A stretch of 64,000 nt of DNA from Octopus vulgaris. Lineage: Eukaryota. Location: NCBI GenBank assembly GCA_951406725.2, contig OX597817.1, positions 147,932,001 through 147,996,000 on the forward strand. Direction: 5' to 3'. Shown one piece after another: positions 54,672 through 64,000 of this stretch (the stretch's first letter is position 1; the number at the start of each line of letters is the position of its first letter). The notes beneath the pieces were generated by a model, which ran no database searches, was not told the DNA's origin, and saw nothing but the letters and a program-made list of their open reading frames with translations. Made by a program: the position numbers and the translations under genes.

Positions 54672-54741
<70 letters not shown>

Positions 54742-54751
54742 AAATACACAC

Positions 54752-55262
54752 ACGTTTCGAGCCTACGCTTTCAACAGAAAAGAAAACGAGGAAATAAACA
54801 GAGAGACTAAAGAGAACTTGTGGATTTAGCGGTCAATTATGACGACTGGTTAGAAAAAGGTAGTTCGCCTGGAGAGATAGGAAGAAGGGGAGATAATAAA
54901 GTACTGGTAATCCCAAAATGAAGGTGCGCGTGCGAGTGTGTAAGTGAGAGTGTGTAAGTGTGTGCATTGGATAGGGGCTGTTGACTTTGACGTCTGGATG
55001 TGAACATGTGTGTGTGCGTCTGAAATTTGTGGGTTAGTAGATGATGTTGTGGGTTAAGGTAGTGGTCAGTGCTAGTGTGTGAGGGGTGATGTGGGCTGGT
55101 ATGGTGGTGTGTGGTGTGGCGGTGTGTGGGTTTGGGGTGAGGATATGGGGGTGGAGTTGTGGGGCTAGGGAGTGAGGTATGTGGGAGTGGGATGTGTGGG
55201 ACTGTGTGTGGATGGAGGGGGAATCAATGAAGGGAGAAGGTGGGTAGGAGTGAAGAGAGGAA
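54752..55262 (-). mobile_element. F6-family pLTR-like module, ending in its HHR motif (54752-54782)
   Basis: Minus strand TTTT-CTGTTGA-A-AGC gtag GCTC-GAAACGT; upstream sequence resembles 49362-49420. Confidence 0.6.
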
Positions 55263-55359
55263 GTATATATATTATATATATATATATATACATATATATT
55301 TATATATATTTGCGTGTGTGTGTATGTGTGTGCGTATATATATATATATATATATATAT

Positions 55360-56010
55360 ATTTAAATAATCAGATAATGGAGAAAACGTTAGATCAACAA
55401 AAAAAAATAAATTATACCATATCTGTAGATTATTTTTTAATACAAAACATGACATAAAATTTATGTGACATAACAATTTTTACGGCCGTTTCCGCTTCCA
55501 ATGCCAGTCAGTGCCTACGAAAGTATTGCAAGAATAACACACCTCATCTTATAGGATATTCGAATTAGTACATAGAGCTTCATCAGAGTGAATACAAACG
55601 CTTCCATAAATAAACAATAGGATGAGGGTATAAGAAGGAAATCATAGATTAGATTAGAAGCCAGGAGGCTTAATATATTAAAATCATAGCATCTTCCATA
55701 GTAGGGCTTCGAAGTCAGTAGCCAACGTCTAGCGGAAACGGCCGTAAGAGTTGTTGTGTCACATAAATGTTATATCATGTTTTGTTATTTTAAAAATAAT
55801 CTACAGTTGTTAATCTAAAGTTTTCATTTTCTGATTATTTAAATTTGAATCCTGACAAATCTTTGTTTATTCTGTTATTACCGGTACCCTACGACATAGT
55901 GTGCCTGCATACCCATACACAGAGATAACACAGGTAACTGATGCCGATAGTAAATACGGATATTTTATCCTTTTGTCGGTTACTATAACCGCTAACTCTG
56001 CTTACCTTTT
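55360..56010. mobile_element. Foldback module F9 (arms ~55360-55496 / 55731-55844) with a long-loop HHR-like motif at 55477-55590 (-)
   Basis: Minus strand CACT-CTGATGA-AGC…~80 nt…GCG-GAAA-CGGCCG-TA; the plus arm starts AGCGGAAACGGCCGTAAGAG; TA tracts on both sides. Confidence 0.6.
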
Positions 56011-56019
56011 ATATATATA

Positions 56020-56081
<62 letters not shown>

Positions 56082-56138
56082 TACATATATATATATATAT
56101 GTATATATATCTATATATCTATCTATATATAATCTATG

Positions 56139-56171
<33 letters not shown>

Positions 56172-56183
<12 letters not shown>

Positions 56184-56636
56184 GAGGGTATTATTATTCA
56201 TAGGTACCGCACGCTAGGAGGGACTTTTGCAGTCAAAACTACTAAAATAAACAAATTGTACCGAATGCAAAACTTCAAAGCGAGTCATTTAAAAACAGAA
56301 TTTAGTTACATATCACCTGTGATTTCGCAATCAATGCAGAGTATGCATTCTATGCTCTTCAGTGCAACGAACTCAAGACATATAAGAAAAAACACATCAT
56401 CACATACCCGACAACCAACCGTAGAATTCGCCGCAGCATGTACGAATGTTTATCTTTACATATCTATGAAAATGGCGGGCTTTTTCGCAATGCATTTCGG
56501 TAACAACTTGCCTACTCGGAACAAAAATTCAGTATTGAACTATGCCAGTGAAAAATATAAATTTAAAAATAAGGATAAAATCTTTATAAGAAATTATCAG
56601 TAGTTACAAAAAGATTTTATCCTTATTTTTAAATTT
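56172..56636 (-). mobile_element. Second F5 module, with a 27-bp terminal foldback (56559-56585 / 56610-56636)
   Basis: Colinear with 32625-33057. Confidence 0.85.
56305..56368 (-). ncRNA. Type I hammerhead ribozyme, canonical core (F5 copy 2)
   Basis: GTTGCA-CTGAAGA-GCA…TGC-GAAA-TCAC ag GTGA-TA-TGTAAC; differs from copy 1 only at N7 and inside loop II. Confidence 0.9.
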
Positions 56637-58477
56637 AAATAGTATCTTGTTACATAAACAAGTTTCATAATTAAAGTAAAATTAAAAAAAAAATTTTTTT
56701 TCACGTCCACTAATTTAGTAGCAAGGAAGCAACTGCTACCTTCTGTGTTGAAGCGGCATTGAATAGCACATATTGAGTAGTTTAATAGCGTGTTCAAAGG
56801 CCGTTGCACAGGATTCATGACACGTTTACAAAGCCATTGGGAGTGAAAAGGAAAACATAGGAATCGAATCTATATTCATCGAAATCTTGTACCAGAGTGA
56901 ACATCGCTAAGGACACAACTGCGGGGCGGCTGTTTTCATCTAGTTGACACATGAAACCTATCTCCCAAAAATATATACAGGCCAACAGAAATTTGCACAG
57001 TTATCGTCTGCTTAACGTCGTTCACATGCGTGACGAGATCTCGGTCTATACTGTAAAGCATTTAAACAGTTTGTCACAAGGCTGCTATTCCAAGTTCATA
57101 ACATTACCACTGTGTTCCGCTGAAGTCATTCACTTTTAAAACAATCAATGTTTAGCATTAACTTTCTCCGACACTGTTTTCTGTATTACAATGCCGATAA
57201 CATATGTTGTATGTAGGCAGCAATGAATATGGATGGATATATGTTGCAATGATGCATGCAGAGATGTTATGAGCTGGAGTCTAATTTGCTCATAAGGGCT
57301 GAATCCGTATAAATGAATTTAGAATTATTCATTTAAAGTCTGGCAGGCCAACATTTGATTATAATATACGATTAGATCTGATATACCCACACATATACAA
57401 AGTTATATATGCAATATGTAATATATATATGTATGTATACACACACACACACACACACACACAGACACACATATATATATATATATATACATATATATTT
57501 ACATGTTTGTATATAAATATGTATTCGTATCTTCATGTCTATTTCCATATATACATATATATTTATATTTATGAATATACATATACGCATGCAAGCATAT
57601 ATATGTATATATGTTTATATGTATTTATATATTCATATATCTCTTTATATATATATGTATATATTGATATAACTCTTTATATATATATATATATATATAT
57701 ATCTTTATACACACACGGACACACACACACGCACATATATATATATACGTATTCATATTGTTCGATTAAGTGTCGTTTGTCGCAAAATATCATTTATTTT
57801 GCGCATGCGCTCCATAGGCTATCTGTAGTTTCGTTATGCATTCCCTATTTGGATCAGTTAATTATTGACGTTTATTCTTTACCATTACATTGAAAAAGTG
57901 AAAAATCTATAGTCTAGTATACGAACGTTTCTTTGGGTTGCGTTTAGGCCGCAAATGAGGAGGCAAATGCAATGAATTAGACTTGAATTTTCGTTGCAAA
58001 TAAATGATGCGGGATGTGGGGGTTAGTTGAGGATGAAATTGGAATGAGGACGAACAAGCGTACACAGAGTTGCAGTCTCAGTATGTTATTAGACGGAGTG
58101 TTCGAATGATATTTGATAATTGAAATAATAGTGCATTCATCAATTATTCAGTTATCATATACCGCGATGGTTGATTCAATACTTGGTTCGTCGCTGAGAA
58201 CTTCGTTGTTGGATCAACTGAATTCCTTCTCACGAATTTAATGTCCAAGTGATTTAGAATTCTACAGACACATTTATATTTAACGCAAAAGACTCTCCAT
58301 TGAATGCACCTGATATTGTGAGACAGACGGACCTTTGGATTGTAGTTAATCCAAATTGAGTAAAAGAAGCATGAATCACACAAGCAAATTAGTATTTTCA
58401 TTTATCGACTCTCCCGGATACAAATGTTAAGATGACCTTGTTAGGATTTGAAATTAGTCGGAACTAATAAGGCGATG

Positions 58478-59041
58478 TATTGGGTTGTCCGGTAGGTTCG
58501 TGCTGATTTGTAGTAGCTTACCTCTCGACTTATTTTAGAACATGGTTGAGTCCATAAAATAGAATTTGACTACACCTCCATTTAGAGCATTTAAGGTTAT
58601 CTTTTCGTGGAAGAAGTTTTATGTTCCTATAACCTGTGTTAATTCTGTAACACTTTAAAATGGAAGATAAGAAAGTTCATTTTAGCACTTGATGCATTGG
58701 GCACCAGAAGAAATTGCTGCAGCTCAGCTAGGACGAGTTACCCCACACTCCATATTCACCAGATATCGCCCCTTCGGATTTCCACTTATTCAGGTCTCTG
58801 CAGAATAGTCTTAACGGTAAAAATTTTAATTTCTTGGATGACGTAAAATGATACCTTGATGAATTCTTAGGCAGAACACACCTCAATTCTGGGAAGAGGG
58901 TATTTCAAGTTACAGGAGAGATGCAGACGCGTTGTGTAATAAAATGGTTCATATTTGGTTGATTTAAAATGTAATGGCAATTATTTATTGACCGTTTTCT
59001 TTCCTTTAAAACTGAGTACGAACTTTCCGGACAACCCAATA
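58478..59041 (+). mobile_element. Internally deleted mariner retaining the catalytic C-terminus
   Basis: Same TIRs and TA TSD as 10557-11136; MEDKKVHF start, then LPHTPYSPDIAPSDFHLFRSLQNSLNGKNF (mariner YSPDLAP.D motif). Confidence 0.95.
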
Positions 59042-61849
59042 ATATATGCGACTTTATGCAAGTGTTCTGAAGCTGACATTTTCATTGACACATGCACAAC
59101 ATCAAACACTGATATGTTCCCATCTACTCACTAACAGAAACACAACATTCAAAAAATGCTATAGATGCAGAACTTCCAAACATATATTCACAAATGGATG
59201 GAGAAAAAGACAAATATAAAATGAAGACTAATTGTGAACAGAAGCTTGGAAGGAGGAGAACTCTGATGGTGAGCAGAGGAAGGATGGCAAATAAAGATAG
59301 AGATCAAAGGAATTTAAGGTGGATAGACATGATATGAACAGGTAGGGGAGAACATCCCAAATTGAAAATTGACGCTTCTACTCGTGATGCTGGATGTTCC
59401 TATTCCTAGGTCCAGGTGAGTTGCAATAAAGAGTACGGGATTGAGCTGAAGTTGAGTGTTGATTTACGGACATGGGGAGCTGTTCACAGAAGTGATTACA
59501 CCATTCTTCGGCCTACAACCCAATATAGGATGCATTAAAGAGCTTGCATAAGATTGGAAGATTTACATTGGTGCATGTAAGACAAGATGTATGTGAGTGC
59601 CTATACGATAAGATATATGAGTATTTGGTTGTCTGTACTGCTGTGCGCGTATGTCCTATAAATTGCATGACTGTATGTGTCCATGTGGTTTCCAGTACGA
59701 CTTTGTTCGATACATTTCTTCGGTGTGCTAAACAGACCAACCAATCCATACACTGCAAATTCTATTTTACAGGACCCTGACCGACATTCAATTGTTTGTT
59801 TTCTTTCTGATGTTTTGTCGCCCACTTTTTCACTCCTCTCACCTCGCATTTCTCTATGTCATTTCATATCAGCTCTCACTCTGTCTGTCTTTCTTTCTGT
59901 CTATCTTTCAGTCTGTATGTCTGTCTTCTTCTCTTTCTGTATCTCTGTCTGTCTCTGTCTCTTTCTCTCAGCCCACTCTCCTACAGTCGCGACACATCCA
60001 TATTTATCACTGTCAACATCTTTCTCTATTCCTTTCTTGCCCACAGCTAGTTTGTCTCCTTCATCTTGTATTTTTTTTTAAAGAGCAAGTGTTCCATTCC
60101 CCACAATAATCGAATTGAGAGTTATTCAACAAAATCCACATCGGATTAATTCTTATCACTGAAGATCTTCAGCGCCTCCATAGCATAACAGAAACTTCAT
60201 ATACTTAATCGGTTATGGTAGGATCTCTTGATCCTGTGCTACAGTGGGGATGTCTCTGTCATGGGATAAACACAGCTACATAAAAATATGAATGACAATA
60301 TAGAAACTAAACAAAAAAACATTGTTTAATAAGAAATTACAAACTTTGCGAGACGTAAAATAAATTGTTTTTAACGGTTGAAACCAAGGAAGATAAAAGC
60401 ATGGCAGTCTTCAGCTTTTTCCTTTCAAAGGCTTGTTAACCCAATATTTATACGCTATCATCTATAGCTTTATATACTTCGATTTACACCGATAAATAGA
60501 GGAATTATTTCACAACATCTAATTTAATATCTGGACAAATAATGTAATATTTACGTGGTGATTCGACTATTAAAAATAAACTTCCTATCAAAAACACGTC
60601 TTGTTTTGACCCCCCCCAAAAAAAAAACAAACGGTAATATAGTTCAAGAAACAAGTATGGTTGATCATATTTGACCGCTTTTTATTATAGGTTTGCTTGA
60701 TTTGGTTTGAGTTGCGCCAAATCGGTAATAGCCACAATCGATTAAGTTTTGTTTCTGAAATGCAGTGAACGATATTCGTCTATTTATACCTTGCTAAATG
60801 CACTGGTGATTACTATAGAATACTATCGGTTACGAAATACGAACTGTCAAAATTATAGTTTTTGTTTTCTTGTCATTGTATTGACATATCCTTCATACAT
60901 GTGTAACGAACATTAAAAGCTGTAAACCAGAGAACAGTACTGCAATTGAACATCAATTACTCCCGGAATTAGAGTATCAATGACTTGATATATAATTTTA
61001 GACTAACTAAACACGATATCGTTCCTAGCTAATTTACTTTCAAATCAGCTGTTACTTTTAATGAGTAAATTTTCAATTTAAAAATCTGTCATTCATGAAA
61101 GCCAACTTACAATAGTTTTTCGTCCATTAAAATAACTTTGGTGTCTCATATAAAACATTTACACAGAAAATTAGAATAATTACCCACTTCATGAGTCAAT
61201 GATAATTAGAGAATATTTTTTTACCTGTTATTCTTTAGAATTTAAACAATATATGTTGGGTTTCTATATTTGTTAGGGAGCTAAGGACAGGATATACAAA
61301 GGAAGATATAGAGGCAGAAGTCCAAGAACAATGGATTATATTAGTTTTCTAAATTTACACCACTCGCCGAACACATTATTGGTGTCTGTAATTATATTGA
61401 TTTATTGAATGGTTATTGTTAAAAATAAATAATCGATTCATTCCCACCTGTCCGTCTGCAAAACGTTTTCACTAATCTGATTTAATGTCTGCCTATAAAG
61501 ATTTTTTTGCGGTACAGTAAATAGATATAGAAGAAGAACGGTAAATCACAGTGGGATAAACCGACATTATAAATATATTTATATTTATTTATTAAGAAAA
61601 TAAAAAAAGCGAAATAACTGTTATAGTAATATATTATTGATTGCTTAAGATGGCTGGATTTTCAGAATTATTAGAGTACTATTTAGGAAGGTCTCATTAC
61701 ATTCAAAGTTCAAATCTCTCTCCGATTAATATTGTATCTCAGTTCTGAGTTTGATTAAATAGAATTCTAGTCAAGTATTGAGGTCGAGTGACAGATAAAT
61801 ATATAACAATATATTGCAATGAAATATATAACAACATTGTAATAGAATC

Positions 61850-62357
61850 AAGGCGGCGAGCTGGCAGAAACGTTAGCACGCCGGACGAAATGCTTAGAAA
61901 GAAATGCGGCTAAGTATCTTGCCCGGCACGCTAATGATTCTGTCCAATCGTGGACTTAAAATGATGATAACCGTCTCTACTCCAGGCGCAAGGCCTGAAA
62001 TTTTGGGGGAGGAGGCCAGTCGATGAAATCGACTCCAGCATACAACAGGAACTTAATTTATCGACCCGAAAGGATGGGAGGTAAAGTCGACTTCGGCGAA
62101 ATTTGAACTCAGAAAGTAAAGACAGACAAAATACCTATTTCTTTACTACTCACAAGGGGCTAAACAGAGAGGACAGACAAACGGAGTAAGTCGATGGCAT
62201 CGACCCCAGTGCGTAACTGGTACTTAATTTATCGACCCCGAAAGGATGAAAGGCAAAGTCAACCTCGGCGGAATTCGAACTCAGAACGTAACGGCAGACG
62301 AAATACCCCTAAGCATTTCGCCCGGCGTGCTAACGTTTCTGCCAGCTTGCCACCTTA
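61850..62357. mobile_element. SINE family B: short head-only inverted pair (61850-61945) and a minus-strand dimer (61975-62357)
   Basis: AAGGCGGCGAGCTGGCAGAAACGTTAGCACG and its reverse complement. Confidence 0.85.
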
Positions 62358-63559
62358 AAATGACTATAAATAATGCGAACACTCTCCATTTTATATTTTA
62401 GCGAACCAAAGGATCGTACTCATTTTGTAAGTTTCATATTTTTTCTGAGTACTTTTCTACAGCCCCATTCCAGATTAGATAAAATGATCATGCTGAAACT
62501 TTTTAAATTGCACTTAAATGTTTCCTACACTTCAAAATCGAAATATCAACACCAGTATGGTTCAATCTATTACAGGAGATGACTTCTCACCTAACTGTTA
62601 AACAATTACCCGCTTGTGTACACAAATATGAATTTGTATTTCAATTTATTCACGAGTGAATGAGTTAGTGCGTGCCTATGTGAGTAAAGATATTAGAAAA
62701 GAGAGAAAGAAAACGGGGAGAGTGTCAAAAAAAAAATACGAAAAAAAATAAGGCGAAAAGAAGTTTTTCCATTTACGATATTAAAATTTCTAAATAAAAT
62801 AAACTTAAAAAAGCAAAAGTTCCTTTGCGTCTCTGCCACTCTGGGTACAAACTGACTGTTTTATGCGTACAAATTTTGATTTGATTCCCAAAGTAATTGA
62901 AAATCAATAACATATTTTATTCGGTCAGATTGTATCTAAGACTAAATTATCCAATATTCCCTTCCATTTCAAAGAAAGGTACACTATGTTTAGCTGATAT
63001 TTTACTGTTATTTTCAGCAGGTGAGAGCGAAACGTCAAGCGTAGAAGAAATTACGGAGAGTGTTGAGTCTGTACAGCGAAGAAATTTAATAATTATTTAA
63101 ATTTACAAATTCATAGAATAACCATAATATATTTCCACATTTAACCGTCGGCAGTAGCGATTTATTATTTATTTATATGACCATTTCTATATATCTTAAG
63201 TGTTAAATTTATCTCGATGTCTGTTCTTCAGCCATTATAATGCGCTGATCAGTATTATATACAATTTTGCCTTCGAATTTTATATTTTACTTTAGTTGAA
63301 ATATATCTGATTTTATTCTAAATAATGGAATAAATACGATTCATTTTATAGCAGGATTCGACTTCTTCGACATTCATTTCTTTATTTATGTCACATTTCG
63401 TTGAAAGGAACCTTCATCTAAATACGTCAGTCGATTTTTCTCTTTTCTAGCGAATTTCTCCATTTTTATTGTGAAAACGTATATTACATTATATTTACAT
63501 CAATCCTATTCAACAAATTTTTTACCATGTCACCCATATATACACACATGCAGGCAATG

Positions 63560-63646
<87 letters not shown>

Positions 63647-63676
63647 AAATATATATATAATATATATATAATATAC

Positions 63677-63750
<74 letters not shown>

Positions 63751-63866
63751 GTGTTTGTGTATACGTGCCTGTGTGTGTATGTGTATTCATAAATATCTAT
63801 CATGCTATACCTAGCAACCAACTCTCGAAAATACATATATACGTAGACTCGCTCACACATACCACG

Positions 63867-63915
<49 letters not shown>

Positions 63916-64000
63916 ATGTGTGTATTTATGTGTGTGTGTGTGTCTGTGTGCGTGTGTGTCTGTTTGGATAAAGTGAAAGTGAAAGTGCAGTGTAAACTGA

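Overview
Eukaryotic, very AT-rich and saturated with microsatellites; most likely intronic or intergenic. The SINE families resemble those I associate with Octopus (coleoid cephalopod) genomes; this is an inference. There is no complete protein-coding gene, and almost every ORF in the supplied track is a translation of simple repeats such as (TA)n, (TG)n, (TTC)n, (AAT)n or (GAT)n. The recognisable content is: several tRNA-derived SINE families; decayed LINE fragments (RTE-like, CR1-like, and two Penelope-like ORF pieces); two internally deleted mariners; pogo/Tigger-like MITEs; and Helitron/Helentron-type non-autonomous elements. The main signal is about 15 type I hammerhead-ribozyme (HHR) motifs, including partial and decayed ones, from about 9 sequence families. 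Most lie in short non-coding modules inserted in or beside (TA)n tracts. Several modules share one layout: a 325-555 nt HHR-bearing unit in partial head-to-tail tandem, with an inverted copy at its 5' end. This fits Penelope-dependent, retrozyme-like elements. Some families carry non-canonical catalytic cores (U3:A8 covariant, U6, C4). All alignments were done by eye, so coordinates may be off by a few bases.
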